Below, in pieces: positions 1-9,202 of a stretch of 64,000 bases of DNA. Position 1 is the stretch's first letter, and every line of letters begins with the position of its first letter. The notes under the pieces were generated by a model. That model saw only the letters and a program-made list of their open reading frames with translations, ran no database searches and was not told the origin of the DNA. The stretch covers positions 96,001 to 160,000 of the forward strand of contig JBFMAD010000007.1 in the NCBI GenBank assembly GCA_040755855.1, read 5' to 3'. This DNA comes from Planctomycetota bacterium. Its GTDB lineage: Bacteria > Planctomycetota > Brocadiia > JAADGH01. The position numbers and the translations under genes are program-made.

Positions 1-2
1 TC

Positions 3-1118
3 CTGAAGAAGTGGGGCTGCGAGAAGGCACTCGAACACGTGAAAGCAGAGGTCGAGTCCATCCGCCGAAGCAGTCTCGCACGGCTCTCGGCCACGTCGGA
101 CCGAGGGGAGATCAACACGCGCTGGGGGAATGACTACCCGCTGGGTCTCACCCGCACCCTCCGTCGGGGGGCCATCCTGGTCACCACCAATCCGCCCCTC
201 GTCAACATCGCTCGAAAGGAGGAGCCGAAGGTGTGGGACGCCGTTCGGGACGAGCTCCGACGTCGTCACCCCGGGGCATCGGCGGATCGCCTGGTGTCTC
301 TTCTCACGATGCGAGTGGTGCTGCGCAACTGTCGCGAGCTGCGACCGATATACGAGGTCAGCGGTCGCCGCCTCGGATACGTGAACCTCCAGGTCAATCC
401 AAAGAACGCGACGCATCCCGAGGCGATGATCGCCGAGGCGGAGTTTCTCTATGAGGAGATGAAGCGCGAGCTGAAGGGCCGTCCGAACGTCGTTTTCAAA
501 CTGCCGGGGACGAAGGAGGCCCTTCCCGCCGCGGCGCATCTCACGGCGAAGGGGATCGGGGTCAGCATCACGCTGGGCTTCGCGGTGGATCAGCACTTGG
601 CGTTTGCGGAGGTGATCGAGCGCGGAACGGCGGAATTGTCGTTTGTGGTCATGATGACGGGCAGGCTTGATGATCCGATCCGCGAGGAGCTCGCTACCGG
701 AGGAATGCCGGACGCCGCGGAAACGGCCCGTTGGGCCAGTACAGCAGTGATACGGCGCTCCTACGACCTCCTATACCGGCAGCGTAAGTATCGGAGGTCC
801 GCTCTCCTCGTGGCTTCATTGCGCGGCCCATGGGCCATCGAAGCCGCACTCACCGATGAGGAAGCGCCCATCTATGTGACGGCTTTTCCCGACAAGGCGG
901 CGGAGTATGATGCGGGGGAGCGCTGCATCGTCTCCTGTATTCGAGAATCTTTGCCGGAAAAGATCATGAGCCGCCTGCGGAAAAGCCGCCTTTTCGCGCA
1001 GGCCTACGACGTGGGCGGCCTGACCCCTGCCGGGTTTGGCGAGTTCCTCCCGGTCCAAAAAACACAAGACGCCTTCGTCAGTGCCTGGAAAGAATTGGAT
1101 GCCTACGTTCAGGCTTGA
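3..1118 (+). CDS. Transaldolase-family protein, probably 5'-truncated by the window edge
   Basis: VTTNPPL, VFKLPGT (Schiff-base Lys), GRLDD and ASLR motifs; frame is open from position 3, upstream of the GTG at 39. Confidence 0.8.
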   Translation: MKKWGCEKALEHVKAEVESIRRSSLARLSATSDRGEINTRWGNDYPLGLTRTLRRGAILVTTNPPLVNIARKEEPKVWDAVRDELRRRHPGASADRLVSLLTMRVVLRNCRELRPIYEVSGRRLGYVNLQVNPKNATHPEAMIAEAEFLYEEMKRELKGRPNVVFKLPGTKEALPAAAHLTAKGIGVSITLGFAVDQHLAFAEVIERGTAELSFVVMMTGRLDDPIREELATGGMPDAAETARWASTAVIRRSYDLLYRQRKYRRSALLVASLRGPWAIEAALTDEEAPIYVTAFPDKAAEYDAGERCIVSCIRESLPEKIMSRLRKSRLFAQAYDVGGLTPAGFGEFLPVQKTQDAFVSAWKELDAYVQA

Positions 1119-1254
1119 TCGCTGCGCCGCGTGGTTTCGTTTTTGCTTTATCCCCTGCCGTGTAATTTGACGGTTGAGTATCCGCAGGGTTTGACTTATC
1201 ATTCATGCTCCATCTCCGGAGTATCGTCCATGGATTCGTTTGGGAAAGGAGAGC

Positions 1255-2253
1255 ATGATGGCAGGCAAGGTGCGGTACGGCGTGATCGGCACGGCGAAGA
1301 TCGGTCGGACGGCGCTGATTCCGGGGGCGCAGAAAACGACGAACTCCGAGGTCGTCGCCATCTCCAGCCGGGACAAGGCGAAGGCCGAGAAATGCGCGAA
1401 GGACCTGGGCATCCCGAAGGCGTATGGATCGTACGAGGACGTCCTGCACGCCCCCGATGTGGACGCCGTGATCATTCCCCTGCCCAACGGCCTGCATTGC
1501 GAATGGACGGTGAAGGCCGCGGAAGCGGGCAAGCACATCCTCTGCGAGAAGCCCCTGGCCGTAACGGTGGAGGAGGCGGAGCGGATGATCGACGCGGCGA
1601 AGGGGAACCACGTGCTCCTGATGGAGGCGTTTATGTATCGCTTCCACCCGCAGCATACATTCGTCAAAGAGAAACTTGCCTCCGGCGCCATCGGCGGCAT
1701 CAAGATCGTCCGGGCCGAGTTCAGCTACTTCCTCGGCGACTGGGAGACGAACATCCGCGCCAGCGGCCCGCTGCACGGCGGCGGCCTTATGGACGTGGGC
1801 TGCTACGCCGTCAACGCCCTCCGCTTCCTGATGGGGGATGAGCCCATCAGCGTCCAGGCCTATCAGCGCTTCGACGAGGCCCACGGTGTCGACGGCACGT
1901 TCGTTGGGATCATGAAATTCCCCGGCGACCGGATGGGAATCCTCTGTTCCGGCATGGAGGAGTTCGGCCGGAACCGATACGAGATCATCGGGACCACAGG
2001 CCAGATCGACGCGCCCAACGCCTTTACGGGCGGCGGACGCGAAACGACGGTGACGGTGATCTGCGGCAAGGACACGACCGTCGAGAAGTTCGCCGGCGTC
2101 AACCAATATCAGGCGGAGATCGAGCACTTCTCCGATTGCATCCTGAACGGCAAGGCACCGATGCTCTCGCCGGAGGACGCGAAGAAGAATACGGCGGTGA
2201 TTGTGGCGCTCAAGCAGGCGGCTCGGGAGGAGAGGGCGGTGGCGGTGGGTTGA
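1255..2253 (+). CDS. Gfo/Idh/MocA family oxidoreductase
   Basis: GVIGTAKIG Rossmann motif, GKHILCEKP, GGGLMDVGCY; AGGAG RBS before ATG 1255. Confidence 0.92.
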   Translation: MMAGKVRYGVIGTAKIGRTALIPGAQKTTNSEVVAISSRDKAKAEKCAKDLGIPKAYGSYEDVLHAPDVDAVIIPLPNGLHCEWTVKAAEAGKHILCEKPLAVTVEEAERMIDAAKGNHVLLMEAFMYRFHPQHTFVKEKLASGAIGGIKIVRAEFSYFLGDWETNIRASGPLHGGGLMDVGCYAVNALRFLMGDEPISVQAYQRFDEAHGVDGTFVGIMKFPGDRMGILCSGMEEFGRNRYEIIGTTGQIDAPNAFTGGGRETTVTVICGKDTTVEKFAGVNQYQAEIEHFSDCILNGKAPMLSPEDAKKNTAVIVALKQAAREERAVAVG

Positions 2254-2496
2254 TTCACATCTCAGTCCGGCTCCGCCATGTTTACCAGTCCGGCTTGCCG
2301 CGGTCGAGCAGGATATAGATGCAAGCGCCAGAGAAACTCAAGAAGAATATCCGAGGGGCAGCCGGCATCGGCCGGTGGGGGCGTCTTCAGAGGGATTGCC
2401 CGGGGAATTTATAGACGGTTGGCAAGGGGGATAATCACCTCTATTCCTCCCTGGGCTTGGGAAGTCCATCTACACAGCAACCGAAATCCGACAGGT

Positions 2497-5400
2497 TTAC
2501 GGATACCCGATGTGCCGGTTGAAGGCGTTGATGGGTGTTACAAGCCCGCCGACCGTCTTGCCGACCCGCAGCGTGTTGTCCACTCCGCCGCCAGTGCCTC
2601 CGTCGCCGATGTTCCCGCTGAAGACGCCAGCGACCGTCACATCCCCAAACACCCCAGCCAGCAGATCGCCAGTCAGGTCGCCCACGATCGTGATCCCCGT
2701 CTTCCGCGCGCTACGAACAATATCAATCACACCCGCCATCTCGCCGCACACAAGGATTGCCCTCGTCAGGTCTCGGCCCAGCGTCACCGTTGATCCCGCC
2801 TCCACGCCCGGCGTCCCAATCCCAGCCAACATAAGGGCCTGCGACACGTTTCCGCCCAGCATCACCGTCGTTCCCCCCGCCAGCCCGCCGATCACCTTGA
2901 GCATCCCCGTCGTCCCCGTCACGTTCACCGTCGCACCGTTCACGCCCATCGTCACTAATATGCGAGCGATATTACCGCCGACCTCCATCGTGTTGCCCGC
3001 CAGCGGGCCGCCCGTCACCGTCCCGTTGACGTGAAAAGTCATCGCATCGCCCCCCGATCGAAACTGGCTGTTCGTCATGTCGCCGCTGCAGAACAAATAT
3101 CCAACCGACGCTGTCCCGATGGCGTAGGAATCGCTCAGCGAGCCAGCCAAAAAATAGTTCAAGTTCGCCGCACGGAATACGCTGTTCGTCATCGCCCCGC
3201 TCACCCTGCCGAGGGACAGCGTCCCGCCGACGATGAAGGCCGAACCATCCATCGGGCCGACCACAATCGCCCGCCCCATATCGCCGCCGGGACCGACGAA
3301 GGTGTTGCTGACGCCGCCCAGGTTCATGAACTTGGTCAGGTCGCCGGCTACGTTCACGTTGATAGTGTCCGCCGCCCCAACGATCTGGAGGAAGGTCAAG
3401 TCACCCCCGACAGTGATGCCGGTATCCTGCACGACACCGAGGCGGTTGAGAAACCGGATGGTGCCCAGCGACTCCCCGCCCGCCGTCTGCATCGTCCCCG
3501 CCGTCATCGTGTTCGGCGTATCGAGCGGGTCGAGGTCTTTGACCATGAACATTGTTCTAGCGTCCGTGCCGGCGAAAGCAACAGAGACAATGTCGCTGCC
3601 GTCCAGCACTGTGACAGCGGCTTGGCCCAGCCCCCGGAAGATCAGGAAAATCCGATCCCCGTCGGCATCGGTAAATATGTGACGCGGATTCTGGCGGCTC
3701 AGCACAACGCCGCCTGGTATCCCCGCTTCGCAGTTTGCCACTGTTACATCCCGGAATCCCGCTTGCGTCCATGCACCGTTTGGGTCGGGCGGGAAACCGG
3801 GAGGCGGGGTTCCCGGACCAAAGTACGTGAAGGTATCCACACCATTGCCGCCGTCAACGGTAATCGGCGAATTGGGAGAAGGGTTCACAAGGATGCTATC
3901 GTCACCGTCTCGCCCGTCAATGATCACCTGTGCGAATAACTGCGCATCGAGCGGCCCGACCGCGATGGCGTCGTTCCCGGCCCCGAGGTCGTCGCCATTG
4001 ACGATCAAGAGGCCGAGAGGATCAGGACTTCGGAAGGTGACCGTCTCACTCGATGCCACACTGGAGATCTCGCAGTAGTTGTCGTTCGGCGTGGCGTCGT
4101 CGGACAGGGTGATGACATCGGCGGTATCGGGGAACGTGAACTCTAGGTCTGTCGCGACCAGCCGGTCCACAATCGGCTCCAGCCCGGTAAAGGTGATCGT
4201 GGACGTGTTTGCGACGAAGGACACGCGCACCTCTCCATTATTCGCGTTTGCGAATGTATAGGCCACGAGGTCGGCCGTCCCGGCGAGGAGTTCCATCGAG
4301 TCGCTGCCTGTGCCGCCGTGGAATGTCATCGGCAGGTTCGGGACGCCGGACGTGAAATCCATCCTCAGCAGATCGTCTCCGGCTCCGACATCCATCGTGG
4401 TACTGACCAATGCGGTCACGTCGTTTACGATAACCGTGTCATTGCCCGAACCGATCATGAGGGCGAACTCGTCGAGGTCCCCGCCGAATGGCCCCGGCGC
4501 ATCCGCGTAGGTAATGGCTGTCGGCGAGAGTCCCGCAATGACCACGCCGGGACCTACATCGGTAATTGTGCCCACATTCCCGGCTGTATCGCCCGTGTCA
4601 TCAATCTGGAGGATGCCGTATCCCGTGAATGTGAAATCGAGCTGCACTTGCCCAAGAATGGCGCTCAGGTCGCCCGTTCCATCCCCGAAGTCGGCTGTGG
4701 TATTGCCCACAGTTGTTATGCCGATGTAGCTGTCATAGGTCATCTCGATAAAGGAAAACATCCCTGCGGGGCTGCTGAGGATGTCAAGGGTGACATTTGC
4801 CCAATTGGCCGCGTCAAAGAAGAGATCTTCGATCTCGCTGTAGGCAATTGGCGCACTGGATGCGCCGGTGATGCTGCTGTCTGTGAATGTAATCAGATCG
4901 TCAATCAAGGAATCTCGGTCAACTAAAAACCACTCATCGCCATTGATCTCTCCGGTTTCCCCTCCGACGACCTCCATAGGCCCGCGGATATTGTCCAACA
5001 GCCCGGCCCACTCGCCCAGGCCGAAATGATCGTCCCCCCCCTGCCCGAACAGCCGGAGCGTCACGGTACCGCCCATGGCGTTCACCAGGAAAAGCTCATT
5101 CTGATCGTCATCGGGGTTGACCGTCCCGCCCGTCAGTTCATTGCCATAGAGATCGAGAACCGTGAGGCCACCGGCGGGGTTTGGATTGTTGACGATGAAT
5201 TCATCCATGCTGTCCATGGCGTTGAAGGTCACGACGGTCTTGTTGGCGAACTCAATGCTCTCGAAGAGGTTGCCCACATGGGAGATCCGGGTCGTCGTGA
5301 AGCCGCCCGCGCCCGCGCCCGCGCCATCCGCCACATCCACAGTGTCCATTCCTGGAGTCCCGAAAATGTCCAATTGCATGGCGGGGATCGTGTCAATGAT

Positions 5401-6993
5401 GGGAGAAAGACCGAAGAAGCGAATCACCTGCTCATCGCCGTTGAGGTTGAACAGGTTCGGGAAGGGCCCGGCATTGTCGTCGGGATCGAAGATGATGTTT
5501 CCGTCCTCCGCGCCGAGACCGATGGATGGGCCGGACTGGTAAGTCTCGCGCAGGATGGGCACGCCGGGATCGCCCTGGAGGATCAGGGTGTTGCTGCCGC
5601 CAAAACCCTCGATGGAAACATATTGTGGCAGGACGATAAGCCCGTTGGCGCTGTCCACGACGAGCGTATCGTCATCGGTGGAGCCCAGGCAGAGGAACTG
5701 GGAGTATTGCGACATGGGGCCGGAGTGCACATAGACGGAGTTGACGTAGACCTCCAGATCGGTCCCTGTGACATCCAGGCTGACGAGGAACGTATCCGCA
5801 ATGCCGTCGTTCATCTGGCTGCCCGGGGCGGGATCGGCATTGGCGTCCACAATAAGGCGGAACAGCGACGAGAGGGAGAACACGTGCTCCATGTCCCAAT
5901 ACCTCACGGAGGGGATGAACGGTCCCGACAGATCGGCGATAGAACCGTTGTCCGGGCCGTAGAGGACGAGCTGTCCGGCAAACGAATTGTCATAGTTCAG
6001 CGTATCGTCTCCGCTGCCGTCGAAAATCTCAACAGTCGCAATATTCAGGAAATCTACCACCGTCCCGTTGACGTCTACTTGCTCCATGTCAATGGATACG
6101 GTGATCGTATCATCTCCGGCGCCGGTGTTGATCTCAAAAGTGTCCACTCCGCCGCCGCCGTCAATGACCAGCCCCAGAGGAACCGCCGCAATGCTGATTA
6201 TGTCGTTGCCCGTGTCGCCGTTGAGGGAGATGGTCGGGCCGGGCGGTGCAGAGAGGAGCGCAATGCTATCGTTGCCCTCCTGGCCGTTCACTGTGACGGT
6301 CGCCAATCCGGTTGCGGTTTCGGTGCAGTTGATCGTGATGGCGTCGCCCAGGTCTCCTCCGGCTGCGCCGTCGCCTGCGTTGATGGTGACATTGGTCTTA
6401 TTCGCGAACTCGATCGGCTCAAAGGCATCAATCGAGACGCGCAGTCGGCCATCCGCGGCCGCCGAGCCGTCATCCATCGTGATGACGTTCGCCGCGTCCG
6501 TGGCATAAATCGTCAGGCTTGCGGCAGGAACGAGGTCAACAATCGGTTCGAGACCTGTAAAGACGATGGCGGAACTGTCAAGACGGATCACGCCGTCGTT
6601 TGGGCCGGTATAGGAGTAGGACGTATTGGCGAACGCTCCCCCCCGCAGCACGAGCGCATCCCCTTCGGCCCTGACACTGTTGCCCTCGCCATTATAGGTC
6701 AGGCCGGTCAGCGGGACCGGATTCTCGCCGCCGAAGTCAACGGTAAGCGTGTCGTCGCCATCGCCGCCGTTGACGATCACTTCGTCGTTCATGCCAAAGA
6801 CAATGGCCGGCCCGCCATTAACAATGATCTGGGCCAGACCGTCAATCGGATTGCCATTATCGCTCAGGAGAAAGGCGTCGTCCCCGGCCGTGCCGTTGAT
6901 CGTCAGTGTCGCTGGGGCGACGCGCGGTTCGATCTCCTCAATTGAGAGCGTCTGGTGAATACGCCTGATGATGCATCCGATGTTACTGGCCAC
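2497..6993 (-). CDS. Giant extracellular/surface protein (~1500 aa) with LEPRxLL-type N-terminus, RTX-like Ca-binding repeats and C-terminal beta-helix-like repeats
   Basis: N-terminal SIEEIEPRVAPA; many GGxGxDx(L/I) units; repeated F(T/F)GL(E/S)PI(V/I)D and FE(P/S)IEFANK; FTDADGD domain; GGAGA RBS before GTG 6993. Confidence 0.8.
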   Translation of the reverse strand: MASNIGCIIRRIHQTLSIEEIEPRVAPATLTINGTAGDDAFLLSDNGNPIDGLAQIIVNGGPAIVFGMNDEVIVNGGDGDDTLTVDFGGENPVPLTGLTYNGEGNSVRAEGDALVLRGGAFANTSYSYTGPNDGVIRLDSSAIVFTGLEPIVDLVPAASLTIYATDAANVITMDDGSAAADGRLRVSIDAFEPIEFANKTNVTINAGDGAAGGDLGDAITINCTETATGLATVTVNGQEGNDSIALLSAPPGPTISLNGDTGNDIISIAAVPLGLVIDGGGGVDTFEINTGAGDDTITVSIDMEQVDVNGTVVDFLNIATVEIFDGSGDDTLNYDNSFAGQLVLYGPDNGSIADLSGPFIPSVRYWDMEHVFSLSSLFRLIVDANADPAPGSQMNDGIADTFLVSLDVTGTDLEVYVNSVYVHSGPMSQYSQFLCLGSTDDDTLVVDSANGLIVLPQYVSIEGFGGSNTLILQGDPGVPILRETYQSGPSIGLGAEDGNIIFDPDDNAGPFPNLFNLNGDEQVIRFFGLSPIIDTIPAMQLDIFGTPGMDTVDVADGAGAGAGGFTTTRISHVGNLFESIEFANKTVVTFNAMDSMDEFIVNNPNPAGGLTVLDLYGNELTGGTVNPDDDQNELFLVNAMGGTVTLRLFGQGGDDHFGLGEWAGLLDNIRGPMEVVGGETGEINGDEWFLVDRDSLIDDLITFTDSSITGASSAPIAYSEIEDLFFDAANWANVTLDILSSPAGMFSFIEMTYDSYIGITTVGNTTADFGDGTGDLSAILGQVQLDFTFTGYGILQIDDTGDTAGNVGTITDVGPGVVIAGLSPTAITYADAPGPFGGDLDEFALMIGSGNDTVIVNDVTALVSTTMDVGAGDDLLRMDFTSGVPNLPMTFHGGTGSDSMELLAGTADLVAYTFANANNGEVRVSFVANTSTITFTGLEPIVDRLVATDLEFTFPDTADVITLSDDATPNDNYCEISSVASSETVTFRSPDPLGLLIVNGDDLGAGNDAIAVGPLDAQLFAQVIIDGRDGDDSILVNPSPNSPITVDGGNGVDTFTYFGPGTPPPGFPPDPNGAWTQAGFRDVTVANCEAGIPGGVVLSRQNPRHIFTDADGDRIFLIFRGLGQAAVTVLDGSDIVSVAFAGTDARTMFMVKDLDPLDTPNTMTAGTMQTAGGESLGTIRFLNRLGVVQDTGITVGGDLTFLQIVGAADTINVNVAGDLTKFMNLGGVSNTFVGPGGDMGRAIVVGPMDGSAFIVGGTLSLGRVSGAMTNSVFRAANLNYFLAGSLSDSYAIGTASVGYLFCSGDMTNSQFRSGGDAMTFHVNGTVTGGPLAGNTMEVGGNIARILVTMGVNGATVNVTGTTGMLKVIGGLAGGTTVMLGGNVSQALMLAGIGTPGVEAGSTVTLGRDLTRAILVCGEMAGVIDIVRSARKTGITIVGDLTGDLLAGVFGDVTVAGVFSGNIGDGGTGGGVDNTLRVGKTVGGLVTPINAFNRHIGYP

Positions 6994-7038
6994 TATAATT
7001 TCTCCCAGATGCCGAACTGTGCATAACATTCACGCGAT

Positions 7039-7064
7039 CCAGATCATAGTACCAGATCACAGTA
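7039..7064. repeat. 13-bp tandem direct repeat CCAGATCA(T/C)AGTA x2
   Basis: CCAGATCATAGTA-CCAGATCACAGTA read directly in the 5' UTR of the giant gene. Confidence 0.7.
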
Positions 7065-7065
7065 C

Positions 7066-7096
7066 AAATAAAAACCCGACATGGATGATCGGGCTT
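7066..7096 (-). terminator. Intrinsic terminator inside the 5' leader of the giant surface-protein gene
   Basis: Minus strand AAGCCCGA-TCATCCATG-TCGGGTTT-TTATTT: stem-loop plus U tract, about 70 nt upstream of the start codon. Confidence 0.7.
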
Positions 7097-7108
7097 CATG
7101 AACAAACT

Positions 7109-7221
7109 GAGTATACTCTCGCCTGCAATTGGTCCTGCCCCGAACCGACCAATACGAGCCGCTACTACTCCCCAGAGGGACATCACACTTCCTACGGTAG
7201 GCTCAAATAGGCTTCTCACTC
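7109..7221 (-). ncRNA. Candidate structured cis-regulatory leader RNA (unassigned family)
   Basis: Nested complementary segments GAGTG/TACTC, GCCT/AGGC, GAGCC/GGCTC and ATTGGTC/GACCAAT lying between the promoter and the terminator. Confidence 0.4.
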
Positions 7222-7240
7222 CTGCACTTGACACCAGTCA

Positions 7241-7268
7241 ATTGTAGCACCCAAGGAAGCCACGTCAA
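7241..7268 (-). promoter_or_regulatory. Sigma70-type promoter of the giant protein gene
   Basis: Minus strand TTGACG-N16-TACAAT with extended -10 (TGnTACAAT). Confidence 0.65.
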
Positions 7269-7385
7269 GGTAATTCAGAATCATCTTTCATATTACCCGT
7301 GTGCGCATATGCGGCCCATATCTATCGTGGGCGAATACCACCCTCGCGGACGTTCAAAATCTGCGGCGGCAATTTATCGCAGGTA

Positions 7386-9095
7386 TCATTTCCATGTGGG
7401 CGCGCGCCACCTGGTGGCCGCGATGTGGGTGATGTAGTCGGCGGTCACGTAATAGTAGACCGTCACAAGGGTCCCGTCTTTCAGTTGTGCGGAGTAGGGA
7501 TAGCCGAGGTCGAAGTTGTCCCCGTCGCTCCGCAGCACCTGCACCCGGTCGGTCCGCCAGGTTCGTCCGTCGTCCTCGGAGAGGACCGCCCGGATGCCGA
7601 AGGGCGGGTGGCGGTAGCCGTAGGTGAGGAGGAGCCGGCCGTCGCGCAGGCGGATCAGGCCGCTCGGAGGGTGGCCCTTGATGCCCGTCTTCACCTGTCG
7701 CCAAGTCCTGCCGCCGTCCTCCGATAATGCCTGCCACATGTGGTCGTCGCTCTTCTCGACGCGGGCCATCATCCAGACGTTGCCGTCCTGCATGACGTGC
7801 ATCGTGTTCTCCTCGGTCACGTCCACCTTGCGCTCGGGGTCCCACATGGCGCGGACGACGTCGTAGGTCTTGCCATCCTTCGTGCGAACCACGTAGCAGT
7901 CGCAGGATTCCTTCGGCGATTTCTGGACCATGAACGCCCGAATGACCGTGCCGTCGGGAAGCTGGCAGTAAGACCAGCCGGAGGAGGCCGCCGTGTAGGT
8001 ATCGAGCTCGGGGAGCTCCTTCTTGTCCCACGTCTTCCCGCCATCGGCCGACCGGGCGATGTATCCGCCAGTGATGGTGGCAATCATGTTCGGCCCGGGG
8101 CCGCAGTTGTCGTGGATGTAGTACTTCCCCTGGAATTCCTTCTTCTTCTCCCCGGGGTATCGTCTCCAGAAGTACTGCCCGATCTGGATCAGTGCGCCGT
8201 CGGGCGCCGTGAACACCTGGCCGGGCCGGAGGCCCTGCGCCGTGGGCGGAATTTTGTCAATGGGATGCCACGAGCGGCCGCCGTCGGCGCTTTCCATGCA
8301 CTGCGAGCCGCCGGTGGGGTCAATGTGCGTCTGCTTCACGCGCGTGCCGAAGGAGCTGTAGAGGGCGTCTGTCTTCGGGGCGATCAGGAGCGACGGGAAG
8401 CAGGCGTAAACGCCGTCCTTCTTGAAGACGATCACGTTCTCCGCGCCGGGGACGGTGGCGACTTTCTCCGCGGCATCCTCGTTCACCGTCCACCGCAGCC
8501 AGTCCCAGAAGGCCTCGCCGGTGGCCGCGCTGCTGCCGGCCCCATAGGCGAAACAGTTCCTGTGCCCGTGAGCGGGGAAGGCGAACTTGCCCCGCCCGTT
8601 GATGACGCGCTTCCCATCCACGGACGCGGCGATGTCCGCACCCCGGATCTCGATGCGGTAGACATGGAACCCGTCGGTCGTGTCCATGGCGTATTCGAGG
8701 CCCGCCTGTCCGAGACGGATCTTGTCCTTATGGAGGGTCAGATGGTCCTCGTGTTCGCCGTCGGCCACGAGGAGCATGACGCCGCAGTCGCCCTGACAGT
8801 CCACCACCTTGATCCGCGCCTCGACCGCCGCACCCCTGGCCGGGTCGGCGCGCCACGGCTTGGGGGGGGAGAGCAGATCGCCCGGCTGGGTCCCGGCGTC
8901 AACAAGGTGCAGGGCGCCATCGCGCAGTTCGGCGGTCATGCGGGGGTTTGCCCCTGGGGTGTACCAGGGGATTTTGACCTTGGCACCGTCGAAATCCTCC
9001 CGCGCCCACTGCTCACATCCCACGCATAGCGCAAGCACAATCCCGATCAGGCCACCGGCGGTCGCTCGGCGCAACCGTCGCCACATCGCTGCCAT
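7386..9095 (-). CDS. Secreted or lipoprotein sialidase-fold (BNR/Asp-box) protein with N-terminal lectin-like domain
   Basis: Asp-boxes SADGGRSW, SADGGKTW, SEDGGRTW, SEDDGRTW; DLGYPYS; N-terminal hydrophobic segment ending in VGC; AAGGAG RBS. Confidence 0.78.
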   Translation of the reverse strand: MAAMWRRLRRATAGGLIGIVLALCVGCEQWAREDFDGAKVKIPWYTPGANPRMTAELRDGALHLVDAGTQPGDLLSPPKPWRADPARGAAVEARIKVVDCQGDCGVMLLVADGEHEDHLTLHKDKIRLGQAGLEYAMDTTDGFHVYRIEIRGADIAASVDGKRVINGRGKFAFPAHGHRNCFAYGAGSSAATGEAFWDWLRWTVNEDAAEKVATVPGAENVIVFKKDGVYACFPSLLIAPKTDALYSSFGTRVKQTHIDPTGGSQCMESADGGRSWHPIDKIPPTAQGLRPGQVFTAPDGALIQIGQYFWRRYPGEKKKEFQGKYYIHDNCGPGPNMIATITGGYIARSADGGKTWDKKELPELDTYTAASSGWSYCQLPDGTVIRAFMVQKSPKESCDCYVVRTKDGKTYDVVRAMWDPERKVDVTEENTMHVMQDGNVWMMARVEKSDDHMWQALSEDGGRTWRQVKTGIKGHPPSGLIRLRDGRLLLTYGYRHPPFGIRAVLSEDDGRTWRTDRVQVLRSDGDNFDLGYPYSAQLKDGTLVTVYYYVTADYITHIAATRWRAPTWK

Positions 9096-9202
9096 TCCAA
9101 ACTCCTTGTGTGCCAAATGGTAACAGACGCTTTCCCGCCTCTTCGCGCCGCGGCGTTGTCAGAATCTGAGATCTTTCACTGCATCAGGATGGCACGGTTC
9201 AG

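Noticed and set aside
2254..2496. 243-bp gap between convergent genes with a CAGTCCGGCT direct repeat; possible sRNA or the 171-aa ORF at 2278
   Set aside because: No clear promoter, terminator or fold; the ORF runs antisense into the giant gene.
5026..6945. 639-aa plus-strand ORF, and similar long antisense ORFs such as 15606-17387, 32416-34446, 51439-53628 and 60735-62270
   Set aside because: Shadow frames opposite well-supported genes in GC-rich DNA; no recognisable motifs.
2497..6993. Giant RTX-like protein as the substrate of the ABC/HlyD trio
   Set aside because: It is 31 kb away, has no double-Gly leader and carries a different N-terminal export motif.
7109..7200. Assignment of the leader to c-di-GMP-II or yybP-ykoY riboswitch families
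   Set aside because: Only fragments match. The GGGCAC/GUGCAACCGACC elements, the CGUCA loop and GAGACC are missing, so it is left unassigned.
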